Shown in pieces: positions 35,512 through 45,389 of a DNA stretch of 64,000 nucleotides. Every line of letters starts with the position of its first letter. Position 1 is the first letter of the stretch. Source of the stretch: Bacilli bacterium (GTDB taxonomy: Bacteria > Bacillota_I > Bacilli_A > RFN20 > CAG-826); contig JALCDB010000001.1 in assembly GCA_022641095.1 (NCBI GenBank), positions 238,802-302,801 on the forward strand, in the 5' to 3' direction. Under the pieces are notes generated by a model. The model ran no database searches. It was not told the origin of the DNA and saw only the letters and a list, made by a program, of their open reading frames with translations. The position numbers and the translations under genes were made by a program.

Positions 35512-36714
35512 TCAGGGCTTAAAGTGGGGAACCTCGATTTCGATGTCGCTCAAAGGGAAACTGACGCACGGATGGATGTAACCGTACAGTTTGTCGGCCA
35601 TCCGGCGGCCATCGACTTTCTCCGGCACGTAGACGTTTCCGGAAACAAGGCGCGAATGGCAAAATCCGCATTCGCCCGAACGGCAATGGGTGGGGACGGA
35701 AATGCCCGCCTTCTCCATGCTGACGAGGAGGGATTCGTCGGCGGAACAGGGAATCGTCTTCGTTTCGTCGTCGATGTGGACTTTCAACCGATAATGCCCG
35801 TTTTTCTTCTCCGAAGGATACGATGGATCTTTCGAAGGGTCATGGATTTCGCCGAAGAGCTCGTGGCGGATGTCCTTTTTCCGCAACCCCAGTTTCGGGG
35901 TTTCTTTTTCAAGGAAGTCGTACATGGCCTGCGGGCCGCAGATAAAGAGGGAGTACTCTTCCCCTTTCGGGGCGTATTTTTCGATGATTTCGGCATTGAG
36001 GAAGCCATGCTCGCATCCTTCGCGGGTCTCGTTGGATAGAACGTTCACGAGCTTGAACTTGGGGCAACGTTCCTCGAGGGCCCTGAATTCCTTTTCGAAC
36101 AGGGCCTCGCTCAGCGTTTTGCTGCCATATAGAAGGATAAGCGAGCAACTTTCGTCGCCGTCCGCGATGGCCTGAGCCAAGGAATAGAAAGGCGTTATGC
36201 CGCTTCCGCCGGCGAGGCCGACGACGACTTTCTGGTCGCGAATCGGGCTGTACGTGAATTGGCCAAGGGGAGCAGAAGCCTCGACGAGGTCGCCTTTCTT
36301 CCATTTGTCGAGCATGAAGTTCGAGGCTAGGCCTCCAAAGGCCCTCTTGACGGTTATTGAATAGGCACCCGACAAAGAGTCGCGTGGCGAAGACGACAGG
36401 GAATAGGGTCGGGTCAGATGGGCGCCGCCAATCGAAAAGACGATCGAAAGATAGCTGCCGGCGTTGAAGTACGCCAGCTCCTTCGTTTTCTTTCCATCGG
36501 GTTCGAAAACGAAGGTTTTTGCGTCCTCCCCCCGCTCGATGATATCTTTTATTTTTAGATACTGTGCGTAAGGATGAAGCGCTTGGGCGAGCCGGTTGGC
36601 GATATAGGCGTCGTTAGGCAAGGCGTCGGAAGTCGAAGCGTCGGCTATCTTGGCTTCGCGGTCCGGAATCATCTTCGTGAAGTCCATTTTGTTCAAAGAA
36701 CGAATGTTTGGCAT
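35512..36714 (-). CDS. FNR-like flavin reductase fused to a plant-type 2Fe-2S ferredoxin domain
   Basis: RPYSLSS (FAD binding), GGSGITP (NAD(P) binding) and a C-terminal CRSGECGFCHSRL. A GGAGGG RBS is present. Confidence 0.85.
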   Translation of the reverse strand: MPNIRSLNKMDFTKMIPDREAKIADASTSDALPNDAYIANRLAQALHPYAQYLKIKDIIERGEDAKTFVFEPDGKKTKELAYFNAGSYLSIVFSIGGAHLTRPYSLSSSPRDSLSGAYSITVKRAFGGLASNFMLDKWKKGDLVEASAPLGQFTYSPIRDQKVVVGLAGGSGITPFYSLAQAIADGDESCSLILLYGSKTLSEALFEKEFRALEERCPKFKLVNVLSNETREGCEHGFLNAEIIEKYAPKGEEYSLFICGPQAMYDFLEKETPKLGLRKKDIRHELFGEIHDPSKDPSYPSEKKNGHYRLKVHIDDETKTIPCSADESLLVSMEKAGISVPTHCRSGECGFCHSRLVSGNVYVPEKVDGRRMADKLYGYIHPCVSFPLSDIEIEVPHFKP

Positions 36715-36729
36715 ATTGGTTCCCTCCTG

Positions 36730-38289
36730 TTATTTCTGCTGCGCTTTCGCGGCTTTGGTGCCCGGTTGCAACTGGGCGATATCCGCGCCTTTGAGCTTTT
36801 TGACAAGCCGATGCCCAATGAGATTACCGGTGTAATAGGCGACGTTGAAGCCATCGCCCCTCATGTAGTGCCCGCCGCAGTAGGAGAGATGCGGAACGGT
36901 GATATCCTTCCGCTCCTCGGCGATGCGGGCCATCAGATTATCCCAACCCGAAAGTTGGTAGCCATATATCGTCCCGGTCGGCGTACCCAGATAACGGGCC
37001 ATGGTGACTGGCGTGGCTATCTCGATTTCCTCGATGTGCGGGATGATGGACAAATGGAGGGTTTCCTCGGTGTCCTTGATGTACTTAAGGGCAATTTCGT
37101 TCTTCCATTTCTCGTAGCGTTCCGGCGTCATGTCGCTGGGGATGTCATCGCCGAAGATCGGCATCGTGAAGAAAAGGGTGCAAGTGCCTTTCGGAGTGGC
37201 GTCGGGGATAACCTTGTTCAGGCAGTTCACGATGTAGATATCGCGCTTCTCGTATTGGGCTCTGGCGCCGCGGGAAGAGGAAATGAAGACCGTATAATCG
37301 TCAAAGCCCAGTTCCTCACGCGTGCAATCGAGCCCAAGATAGATAGTCGCCGTCGAAATGCCGAACGAACGGGCGTTGATGAGGCGCTTGGTCCGTTCCG
37401 GCACCGCCGAGGAGGGCGAAAGGTTGGCGACCCGGTTCGGAATCAAATTGCTGACGATTTCCTTGGCGTAGATCTTCCTCTCATGGTTGATCTCCACCCC
37501 GATGGCCTCACCTTTCTCATTATAAAGGAAGCCGGTGACCTCGGAGTTGTACCAAACGTCGCCGCCGTGATCGAGGATGACTTTGCACAAGGACAGCGAA
37601 AGCTCGTGCGAGCGGCACTTTGGCATGGCGGCCCCGTCGATTATATAGGTCGACATCATGTTCCAATAGTGGAAGGCGCTCAGTTCATCAGTCGGTACGC
37701 CCAGATACCCCCAGTAAGTGCAAAGGATATCGATGGCTTTCGGCGAGAGCTTGAGGGCAGTGAGGACGTCTTCCATCGAATGGGAGGCCATGCGCATGAA
37801 GTTGCCGTACTTGAAAGCCATGACCAAGGGATTGGGCTTGCCTTTCATCTTCGTGACGTATTGGGTGGCTTGCCAATCGTTGGTTTGGTATTCGAAAAGC
37901 TTTTTGATGGCTTTCTTCGATCCGGGGCAGCACCGTTCCATCGAATCGATGAAGGGTTCGACGCCGGCCTTAAGGGTCACGTCGTATCCGTCTTTCCCCT
38001 TGACGATAGTCCGGAAGAGGTTCCGCTCGTATTGCCAGTCGGGCTTGGCGCCCAACTCCTGAAAAATGTTGTAAACCAAATCGGGTTTCTCTTTGCTTCC
38101 GACCATGCACAATTCATGAAGGGAAGGCTCGAATTCGAAGCGACCCCGAACGAAACTCGTGGCGCAGCCTCCCGGCAGATTGTGCTTTTCGAGGAGAAGG
38201 GTCTTCAACCCCCCCTTCGCGGTCGTGGCGGCGGCCGCCAAACCGCCGTTGCCAGCGCCGACGACGATAACATCAAAGGATTCGTCCAT
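36730..38289 (-). CDS. FAD/NAD(P)-dependent oxidoreductase, phytoene-desaturase (CrtI)-like family
   Basis: DVIVVGAGNGGLAAAATTAKGGLKTLLLEKHNLPGGC Rossmann motif. I preferred the ATG at 38289 because of its GGAGG RBS; the ORF is open to 38301. Confidence 0.85.
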   Translation of the reverse strand: MDESFDVIVVGAGNGGLAAAATTAKGGLKTLLLEKHNLPGGCATSFVRGRFEFEPSLHELCMVGSKEKPDLVYNIFQELGAKPDWQYERNLFRTIVKGKDGYDVTLKAGVEPFIDSMERCCPGSKKAIKKLFEYQTNDWQATQYVTKMKGKPNPLVMAFKYGNFMRMASHSMEDVLTALKLSPKAIDILCTYWGYLGVPTDELSAFHYWNMMSTYIIDGAAMPKCRSHELSLSLCKVILDHGGDVWYNSEVTGFLYNEKGEAIGVEINHERKIYAKEIVSNLIPNRVANLSPSSAVPERTKRLINARSFGISTATIYLGLDCTREELGFDDYTVFISSSRGARAQYEKRDIYIVNCLNKVIPDATPKGTCTLFFTMPIFGDDIPSDMTPERYEKWKNEIALKYIKDTEETLHLSIIPHIEEIEIATPVTMARYLGTPTGTIYGYQLSGWDNLMARIAEERKDITVPHLSYCGGHYMRGDGFNVAYYTGNLIGHRLVKKLKGADIAQLQPGTKAAKAQQK

Positions 38290-38305
38290 AAAAACCTCCA
38301 TTAGT

Positions 38306-38316
38306 TGGTATGACCA
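38306..38316. promoter_or_regulatory. FadR/GntR-type operator TGGTATGACCA
   Basis: Perfect match to the TGGT-n3-ACCA palindrome, immediately upstream of the oxidoreductase operon. Confidence 0.6.
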
Positions 38317-38424
38317 CTTATAAAACTAAAATAGTTTTGATGATTTTGCAACACATCGTCGCGAAGCTAGCCAAGTATGGCTGTTTTAATACTAAGTTCT
38401 AGGGATTATAGTAATAATTGCATC

Positions 38425-38435
38425 TGGTATGACCA
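38425..38435. promoter_or_regulatory. FadR/GntR-type operator TGGTATGACCA (second identical copy)
   Basis: An identical 11-mer lies 19 nt upstream of the gntR-family gene start. Confidence 0.6.
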
Positions 38436-38453
38436 ATAGCAAGGAGATCAAAA

Positions 38454-39158
38454 ATGGGCTTTGACAAAATCAAGAACGTCTCGTTGACGGACCTATTCGT
38501 GGAGCAGATCGAGAACATGATTCTCTCCGGTCAGCTTTCGGTCGGCGAGAAACTCCCCTCGTCACGCGACCTTTGCCTGAAAATGGGGGTTTCCCGACAG
38601 GTCGTTTCGGCCGGCCTCATAAAACTGGACCAGCTCGGTTTCGTAAAAATCAAAACTAGAAGCGGCGTTTTCGTCTCCGATTACCGTGAACAGGGGAAAA
38701 TCGAAACTCTGCTTGCGATAATGCGCTACCACGGAGGGACGATGAGGGAAAGAGAGGTTCGCTCCCTCCTTGAGGTCCGGGGCTCTTTGGAGCAACTATG
38801 CTGCAAACTCGCCATCGCCAACGAGACCGAAACCAAAATGCAAAAGCTCAGAACAACCTTGGAACGCATCGAGTCCGCGCCCGATTCGCAAACGGCCGCG
38901 GAAGAAATATTCGCCTTCCACCACCAAATCGCCGTTATGTCGAACAACGTTCTCCTTCCCTTGATGTACTATTCTTTCAAGGATGAGGCTGAGTATCTTT
39001 GGGCCTTGGCTTACAAACACATGGGTCTGGAAAGCCTTTACCATGAGAAAAAAGCCTTGTTCGAAGCCATAAGAAGAAAGGATTCCGCGGCGGCGGAACG
39101 GCAAGTGAAAGATACCATCGAGGCCTCGATCAAGGATCTGAAGGTATACTCAAGTTGA
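38454..39158 (+). CDS. GntR-family regulator, FadR subfamily (FCD domain)
   Basis: Winged-HTH region LPSSRDLCLKMGVSRQVVSAGLIKLDQLGFVKIKTRSGVFV, followed by an all-helical C-terminal domain. Confidence 0.9.
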   Translation: MGFDKIKNVSLTDLFVEQIENMILSGQLSVGEKLPSSRDLCLKMGVSRQVVSAGLIKLDQLGFVKIKTRSGVFVSDYREQGKIETLLAIMRYHGGTMREREVRSLLEVRGSLEQLCCKLAIANETETKMQKLRTTLERIESAPDSQTAAEEIFAFHHQIAVMSNNVLLPLMYYSFKDEAEYLWALAYKHMGLESLYHEKKALFEAIRRKDSAAAERQVKDTIEASIKDLKVYSS

Positions 39159-39219
39159 CTTTTATTTTCGAAAAACGGAAAAGTTTTTTGCTATAATAAC
39201 AAAAAAGGTGAATGTTCTT

Positions 39220-39684
39220 ATGAAAAAACAACTGCCGTTTTCGCTTTTCATCTCTTTCTTCCTCGTCGGTTGCTCTTCAAGCGGAGGCATCGCTCTAACG
39301 AAAGACAACGTAGCGACGTACATCGGTTTTTCGGGCGGAAAATCGAGCGCGACCCTGACTTCCGATCCCGCTAAGCAAGACGACGGAAGCTACCTCGTCG
39401 TTTTCTACCTCTATCCTTTGATATACGACATCAATTCCGACGTCAAGGGCGATTGCGAGGTCCTCTTCACTCCTCATTACACGGATTTGACTTCGGCGGA
39501 AACGCTGGCGAGCAAATTCGATGCCGCCTTTTCCTACAAAGCCGGCGGAACCGATTCGGACGGAATCAAGGAAGCGAACTCGCTTGAGGCCAGTTTCAGC
39601 ATCGAATCGGAGAAGACCCTTTCGGCCCTCAGCGTCGTCTCGGATCTGACTTTCACCGACATATCCGGCTCGGTCCAAGGCTAG
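39220..39684 (+). CDS. small lipoprotein, unknown function
   Basis: Start at ATG 39220 (AAGGTG RBS; TATAAT at 39192-39197). Lipobox: MKKQLPFSLFISFFLVGCS. Confidence 0.6.
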   Translation: MKKQLPFSLFISFFLVGCSSSGGIALTKDNVATYIGFSGGKSSATLTSDPAKQDDGSYLVVFYLYPLIYDINSDVKGDCEVLFTPHYTDLTSAETLASKFDAAFSYKAGGTDSDGIKEANSLEASFSIESEKTLSALSVVSDLTFTDISGSVQG

Positions 39685-39732
39685 TCAAGCCGAATAAAGA
39701 ACGCGGAAAGCGCTGATTTCTTTCCGCGATCG

Positions 39733-39761
39733 AAAGGCCGGTTTCATTGCCGGCTTTTTTA
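39733..39761. terminator. hairpin plus T-run between convergent genes
   Basis: gccgg (39737-39741) pairs with ccggc (39750-39754) and is followed by tttttt. Confidence 0.45.
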
Positions 39762-39798
39762 TTGACGTGGGTTTATGACGGCGAAGGCCGCGGCATTC

Positions 39799-40569
39799 TC
39801 ATAGGACGGCGTCGATGAAATCTTTGGTCCTTTGGTTCTGAGGATGGGAGAATAAATCCGTGGGCTTCCCTTTTTCGACGACATGCCCCCCGTCCATGAA
39901 TACGACTTCGTCGGCGACGTCGCGGGCGAAGGCCATCTCATGGGTGACGATGATCATCGAAATGCCGGTTTCGGCCAATGATTTGATCACCCCCAGAACT
40001 CCTTTGACCATTTCCGGATCAAGCGCGCTCGTGGGCTCGTCGAGCAAGATGACGTCCGGCTCGTTGGCGAGGGCCCTCGCGATGGCGACGCGCTGCTTCT
40101 GGCCGCCGGAAAGTTTTATCGGATACTCTCCGGCTTTTTCCTTGACCCCGACTTGGGCTAAGAGAGCCAATCCTTTTTCCTTGGCTTGTTCCTTGGGCAT
40201 TTTCTTTAGATCAAGCAGCGAGAGTATGACGTTGTCGAGAACGGTGTAATTGTTGAACAGGTTGAAAGATTGAAAAACCATGGCCATTTTGGAGCGCACG
40301 GCGCATAAGTCTTTCGACCCGAGCGAAATCTCCGGCTTTCCTTTGGAGTTAAGGCCGAAAAGTTTTTTCCCTTCGAATGTCACTTCGCCCGAAGTCGGAG
40401 TCTCCAGCAAATTCAGGCAACGGAGGAACGTCGATTTGCCAGAGCCGGAAGGGCCGATGATGGCGTAGACGCTATTTCGCTTGAATGACAGATCGATGCC
40501 ATCAAGGACGACGAGGTCCTTGAATGACTTATGGAGATCCTTGACCTCGATGATGTTATCGAGTGGCAT
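39799..40569 (-). CDS. polar amino-acid ABC transporter ATP-binding protein (GlnQ/ArtP-like)
   Basis: [30 protein letters not shown] and [13 protein letters not shown] are present. Confidence 0.9.
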   Translation of the reverse strand: MPLDNIIEVKDLHKSFKDLVVLDGIDLSFKRNSVYAIIGPSGSGKSTFLRCLNLLETPTSGEVTFEGKKLFGLNSKGKPEISLGSKDLCAVRSKMAMVFQSFNLFNNYTVLDNVILSLLDLKKMPKEQAKEKGLALLAQVGVKEKAGEYPIKLSGGQKQRVAIARALANEPDVILLDEPTSALDPEMVKGVLGVIKSLAETGISMIIVTHEMAFARDVADEVVFMDGGHVVEKGKPTDLFSHPQNQRTKDFIDAVL

Positions 40570-41233
40570 AAACGTTGAACCTCTTTTCCAGAAGATTGAT
40601 GAGTTTGCTTAACGTGAAGGTTATGGCGAAGTAGAGACCAGCGGCGAGAATGAGAGTCTCGAAAACTTTCAGCGTGTTGGCCTTGACGATGTTGGCGATT
40701 CCCGTGATGTCGTAAATGCCGAGCACCGAGACGATCGAGGATTCCTTCACGACCGTGATGAACTCGCCGCCGATGGAAGGAAGGATGTTTCGGAAAGCCT
40801 GCGGGAAGATAATCTTCCGCATGGTGTACCGATACGAAAAGCCCATCGAGGTCGCGGCCTCGAATTGGCCAATGTCGACGGCTTGGACCCCCGAGCGGTA
40901 GATCTCGGCGGAATAGGCGGTCGAATTGAGGCCGAGGGCGATTATTCCGGAAACGGTGAAATCGATGGTGATGGAGCGCATGAAAATCGTTTGAAGCAAC
41001 ATCGGGATCCCAAAAGCGAAAATATAAAGCTGAATCAAGGTTGGCGTTCCGCGAACGACCGAAATGTAGGCTTTGGCGGGCATATTCAGCAACTTATGGC
41101 GCGACATGCGGGCTAAGCACATCAAAAACCCGAGCGTCGCGCCGATAAAAATGGAGGCGGCCGAGAGGCCAATCGTCATGCCGACTCCATACAAGAACTG
41201 GTTGAAATACTTGAAAACCGGACCGAAATCCAT
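40556..41233 (-). CDS. polar amino-acid ABC transporter permease (His/Glu/Gln/Arg/opine family)
   Basis: 225 aa, with the EAA loop [25 protein letters not shown]. Confidence 0.85.
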   Translation of the reverse strand: MDFGPVFKYFNQFLYGVGMTIGLSAASIFIGATLGFLMCLARMSRHKLLNMPAKAYISVVRGTPTLIQLYIFAFGIPMLLQTIFMRSITIDFTVSGIIALGLNSTAYSAEIYRSGVQAVDIGQFEAATSMGFSYRYTMRKIIFPQAFRNILPSIGGEFITVVKESSIVSVLGIYDITGIANIVKANTLKVFETLILAAGLYFAITFTLSKLINLLEKRFNVYATR

Positions 41234-42039
41234 CAGTTGCTAGCGGCCGCGACAACCGCATCCTCGTACATGGTCTCCAGGGCTCCGCTGGCTTTGTTGA
41301 CTGCGATGACTTTGTTGACGACGCCGATAAGATCGGCCTCTCCAAGGTTGGTGGCGATGCCGTATCCGCCATCGTCATTGAAATCGAGGCTATCGATAAG
41401 GGCCAAACCGCTGTTTTTGCCGACGATGTTCTCCCCGACCGCGCCCTCGACCATAAGAGCGCCGATGTTCCCGGTCTGGACCATCGTGATGAGGGAATCA
41501 AGCGCGGCGACGGTGACGACGCTGCCGCTGTAGTCGGAGGCTTTGTCAGCCTGAATGGTCCCAAGTTGGGCGCCGATGGTCAGATTGGCCAAATCGTCGG
41601 TGCTGTCTATCGTGACCCCCGATTTGACGACGAGAACCGTTTGGGCTTGATAATACACGTCGGAGAAAAGAACGCTTTTGGCCCGTTCGCCGGTGATAGA
41701 GAAGGCGGCGGCGATGAGGTCGATCTGATTGGTGGTCATCGAGCCGATGAGGGAATCGAATTCCATGTTCTTGACGACGACGTTGAGCGCGATGCCGTAT
41801 TCCGATTCGATCTCATCGGCGATAAGCCCGCAGAAATCGATGTCGAAACCGGCCGGTTCGTTCGTTGAGGAACTGACGTACTCAAACGGTGGGTACTCCG
41901 CGTTCGTGCCGATGACGAGCGTTTTGCTGCTGACGATCTCGCTAAGAGAACCGCCGTGGGCGGTCACAGTCGAACAGCTCGTCGCGAAAGTCATGGCCCC
42001 AACTAAAAGAAGAGTGGCGGAAACCGACGGACGTTTCAT
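41233..42039 (-). CDS. polar amino-acid ABC substrate-binding lipoprotein
   Basis: Start at ATG 42039 (GGAGG RBS). Lipobox: MKRPSVSATLLLVGAMTFATSC. Family-3 SBP motifs are present (GTNAEYPPFEY, DLIAAAFSITGERA). Confidence 0.85.
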   Translation of the reverse strand: MKRPSVSATLLLVGAMTFATSCSTVTAHGGSLSEIVSSKTLVIGTNAEYPPFEYVSSSTNEPAGFDIDFCGLIADEIESEYGIALNVVVKNMEFDSLIGSMTTNQIDLIAAAFSITGERAKSVLFSDVYYQAQTVLVVKSGVTIDSTDDLANLTIGAQLGTIQADKASDYSGSVVTVAALDSLITMVQTGNIGALMVEGAVGENIVGKNSGLALIDSLDFNDDGGYGIATNLGEADLIGVVNKVIAVNKASGALETMYEDAVVAAASN

Positions 42040-42088
42040 AATTTTTACCTCCTTGTTGGCCGTTATGAAACAACTTGCCCAAGGATAT

Positions 42089-42347
42089 AAAAAGTCCTCA
42101 GGCATAAGAGCCTAAGGACGCTTCGATGCGTGGTGCCACCTTAGTTTGCCGGCTTTTCGCAAAACCGGCCTCGCCGAGTACCTATCGATACCCGCTCGCG
42201 CTACACGGGCGAACCCGTCATCCCATACTATCGAGTTCGGGGATGCAGCTCCAGGATGCGTTCATAACCCGCTCCGCGCCGCATTTCCACCATCAGCGGC
42301 TCACTATGGCTAGCTTGGGCTACTACTTCTTCCCTTCTCAGCTTTAT
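42089..42347 (-). promoter_or_regulatory. T-box riboswitch leader, probable Arg (CGC) specifier, with terminator
   Basis: Minus-strand elements: GAGAAGGGAAGAAGUAGUAG (K-turn / AGUA); AGUGAGCCGCUGAUGGUGGAAAUGCGGC (AG bulge and distal loop); GAA-CGC-A specifier context; T-box AAGGUGGCACCACG (42128-42146). The terminator GUCCUUAGGC...GCCUGAGGAC + UUUUU lies at 42089-42120. Confidence 0.75.
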
Positions 42348-42353
42348 GCACGA

Positions 42354-42381
42354 ATGATAGCCCCAAAAAACGGCATGTCAA
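42354..42381 (-). promoter_or_regulatory. sigma-A-like promoter of the T-box leader
   Basis: On the minus strand, TTGACA (42381-42376) is followed 16 nt later by TATCAT (42359-42354). Confidence 0.5.
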
Positions 42382-42660
42382 CCAGTTTCTTCCGATTTGG
42401 CGAGGATGGGGCCATATCTATCAAAGGGTTGGCTGAAGATGGCGAAACCGATTTGCCATGACGACGATATCGTTGAATTTGACCGCAAAAGCAAACCGCA
42501 CGAAAACGGCGTTTTATCGGATTCGCGCCATTCGCATGCCCGTTTTCGCTCGCGATGATGCGTTTGGGATGCGACAGCCATGCTTAAAATAGACGGAACA
42601 AGATCCTTGAGCAGCAACCGAAAAGACGGGAAACCATCCGTCAAAGAACGGCAAACGAAC

Positions 42661-44241
42661 TTATATCAGCCCCGACGAGAGCAGGAAATCGTGGGCGACG
42701 GCTTCCGGGGTCTTCTCCTCCTCGTCAACCTCGTAGTTAAGCTCCTGCATAACTTCGTCCGTCAGACAATCGCCGAGAGTCCTAAGAAGGCCTTCAAGCT
42801 CAGGATATTTGCCATACGTCTCTTCCCTCATTAGGGGCATGGCGTAATAAGGCGGGAAGAAGCGCTCATCATCCTCCATGACCACCAAATCGTATTTCTT
42901 CAAAAGGCCGTCGGTCGAAAAGGCGTCGATGATGTCGACATTCCCGTTTGCTAGGGCAAGGTAGCGGAGCGCGCCATCCTGATTCGAGACGCTGCCGATA
43001 TGGAATCCATACGCCGCTTCGACGCCCGCAAGGCCGTCCTCGCGATTGCTGAACTCAAAAGTGAAGCCGCCTTTGAGGCTTGAGGCGCAACCGACCAAAT
43101 CCGATATCTTCGACAAGCCGTACTGTTCGGCCGTTTCTTGCCGAACGGCGAAGCAATACGTGTTGTTGAAGGCCGTCTGCGACAGCACCTCGATGTCGTA
43201 TTTTTCCTTCAACTCTTTCTTGGAGGTCTCATAAACCTTTTCCACGTCGGAAATCGGATCGTGCCCAAGCAAGTTGACGTAAGCCGTGCCGGAATAATCG
43301 TAGTAAAAATCAAGCTCATCGTTTTGAAGGGCCCCAAAGCACACTTTCGTTCCGCCCAAACCGAACTTCTTCTTCACCCTTAGGTCCGTTTTGTCCTCGA
43401 TATATTCCGCCGCCAGGTTCCCAATGACCTTCTGCTCCGTGAAATCCTTGCTTCCTATCGTGAGATCGTAGGATCCCGCGATGGCCTTCTTGATAGGGCT
43501 GAAGGCGAGGGCCGCCACGATAAGGACGGTGGAAACACCCAGCAAAACGCGCTCATTGACGCGAACGAACTTCTCGCTGAAGAGCGGCTTGCGCTTCGTC
43601 GCCTTGGCTTTCTGGAAGTTCTTCGGCGTGACGAGTTTCTCGACAAGCCCCAAGATGAAGTCGACGAACAAAGCCAAAAGGCAAGCCGGGATGGCCCCAG
43701 CGAGGATTTGGTTGGTGTTGACGGACTGGATGCCCGAAAAGACAAGATACCCCAAACCGCCCGCGCCGATATAGGCGGCGATGGTCATAAGCCCGACCGC
43801 CGTGACGGAAGCGATGCGGACGCCGCCCATGATGACGGGAAGGGCCAAAGGTATCTGGATCTTGAAAAGAACCTGAGCCTTGTTGAGTCCGATTCCTTTC
43901 GCGGCTTCCAGCGTATCGGGCGTGACGTTGCTGATGCCGATATAGGTGTTTTTGATGATCGGAAGCAAAGAATAGAGAACGACCGCGAATACGGCGGGAA
44001 CCACCCCTATGCCCATCAAGGGAATGAGAAAGCCCAAAAGGGCCAACGACGGGATCGCCTGAATGACGTTGGCCACGGCCAAAACGGGTTTGCTCGTTTT
44101 CGAGAACCGCGCGATGAGTATGCCAAGGGGCACCCCGATCGCGATGGCAAAGAGCACCGCAATGATCGTCAGTTCGATGTGCTCGACGAGAAGAGAGAAA
44201 ATCTCGCCAATGTTCTGGGCGAAATACTCAAAGAAATTCAT
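42661..44241 (-). CDS. osmoprotectant (glycine betaine/choline/carnitine, OpuC/OpuB-type) ABC permease fused to a substrate-binding domain
   Basis: N-terminal permease with the EAAKGIGLNKAQVLFKIQIPLALP loop. The C-terminal ~300 aa is an OpuBC-like binding domain. Confidence 0.85.
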   Translation of the reverse strand: MNFFEYFAQNIGEIFSLLVEHIELTIIAVLFAIAIGVPLGILIARFSKTSKPVLAVANVIQAIPSLALLGFLIPLMGIGVVPAVFAVVLYSLLPIIKNTYIGISNVTPDTLEAAKGIGLNKAQVLFKIQIPLALPVIMGGVRIASVTAVGLMTIAAYIGAGGLGYLVFSGIQSVNTNQILAGAIPACLLALFVDFILGLVEKLVTPKNFQKAKATKRKPLFSEKFVRVNERVLLGVSTVLIVAALAFSPIKKAIAGSYDLTIGSKDFTEQKVIGNLAAEYIEDKTDLRVKKKFGLGGTKVCFGALQNDELDFYYDYSGTAYVNLLGHDPISDVEKVYETSKKELKEKYDIEVLSQTAFNNTYCFAVRQETAEQYGLSKISDLVGCASSLKGGFTFEFSNREDGLAGVEAAYGFHIGSVSNQDGALRYLALANGNVDIIDAFSTDGLLKKYDLVVMEDDERFFPPYYAMPLMREETYGKYPELEGLLRTLGDCLTDEVMQELNYEVDEEEKTPEAVAHDFLLSSGLI

Positions 44242-44243
44242 GA

Positions 44244-45389
44244 TCAGTCATCCTCCTCTTCGCTATCGGGATCGTGCGTGGCGTACTGGGCGCTCAGAAT
44301 GCTCACAAGGCCGCTGCGGGTCAAAAGCCCCTTCAGAACGCCATCCTTCCCCACGACGGGCAAGGAACTGCGATGATGGTCGTTCATAATATCCAAGACC
44401 TTCATGATTTTGTCGTCCTCATCCAGGATATGCTTGCTTTTGTGCATCAAAGAGGAGGCCGAAAGCGTATCGTCGGAGACGCCGCGCATATGGCTGGCCT
44501 TCACGATGCCGAGATAGCGATGCGTGGAGGGATCCACCACCAAAAGCGAGTCAACCCGCTTGTTCATCATGAGGCTCAGACATTTGAATCCAGGGGTGCT
44601 GGGGCTGATGCAAATGGGATCTTTTATCATGACGTCTTTCACCTTGATGTATTCCGGAGAGGACCAGAGACGGTTCTCGCCGACGAAAGAGGAAGCGAAA
44701 GCGTTCGCTGGATGGCGAAGAATTTCCTCCGGGGTTCCGTACTGGGAGATTTTCCCGTTTTGCAAAAGGCATATCCTATCCGCGAGTTTGATGGCTTCGT
44801 CCATGTCGTGAGTGACGAAAATGATGGTCTTTTTGACCTTGCTTTGCAACTCCAGCATCTGATTCTGAAGGTCGGAGCGGGTGATGGGGTCCAAAGCCGA
44901 AAAAGGCTCGTCCATCAAAATGATCTTGGGGTCGTTGGCGAAGGCGCGCGCGATGCCGACGCGCTGCTTCTGCCCACCGGAAAGTTCGCTGGGGTATCGG
45001 GAAGCGTAAGACTTGTCAAGACCCACCATCTCCAAAAGGCCCATCACTTTCCCGTGGAGCCACCGTTTATCCCCCTTCTTTTCCAACGCCGGGATAATCT
45101 GAATGTTCTCCTCCACCGTCATGTGAGGGAAAAGCCCCATGGACTGTATGACGTAGCCAATGTCCCGCCTCAATTCGACCTCATTTATGTCGGCGATGTT
45201 CTTTCCATCGATCAGTATCTCGCCTGAAGTCGGCTCGATAAGACGGTTAATCATGCGAAGCGTCGTGGTCTTTCCACAGCCGGACTCGCCGATAAGAACC
45301 ATGAATTCTCCGTCGTTGACAATCAAAGAAATGTCATCGATGACAGAGCGGTTCTTGAATAGTTTCGAAAGATGCTTGATTTCGATCAT
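44244..45389 (-). CDS. osmoprotectant ABC ATPase with tandem CBS domains (OpuCA/ProV-like)
   Basis: Start at ATG 45389 (AGGAGA RBS). [23 protein letters not shown] and ILMDEPFSALD are present, followed by a C-terminal CBS pair. Confidence 0.9.
   Translation of the reverse strand: MIEIKHLSKLFKNRSVIDDISLIVNDGEFMVLIGESGCGKTTTLRMINRLIEPTSGEILIDGKNIADINEVELRRDIGYVIQSMGLFPHMTVEENIQIIPALEKKGDKRWLHGKVMGLLEMVGLDKSYASRYPSELSGGQKQRVGIARAFANDPKIILMDEPFSALDPITRSDLQNQMLELQSKVKKTIIFVTHDMDEAIKLADRICLLQNGKISQYGTPEEILRHPANAFASSFVGENRLWSSPEYIKVKDVMIKDPICISPSTPGFKCLSLMMNKRVDSLLVVDPSTHRYLGIVKASHMRGVSDDTLSASSLMHKSKHILDEDDKIMKVLDIMNDHHRSSLPVVGKDGVLKGLLTRSGLVSILSAQYATHDPDSEEEDD

Noticed and set aside
36574-38304. 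576-aa plus-strand ORF
   Set aside because: It lies antisense to the CrtI-like oxidoreductase, which has an unambiguous Rossmann motif and RBS. The plus-strand translation has no recognisable domain.
42126-42461. 111-aa plus-strand ORF
   Set aside because: It lies antisense to the T-box leader and its promoter. The RNA elements explain the sequence conservation pattern better.
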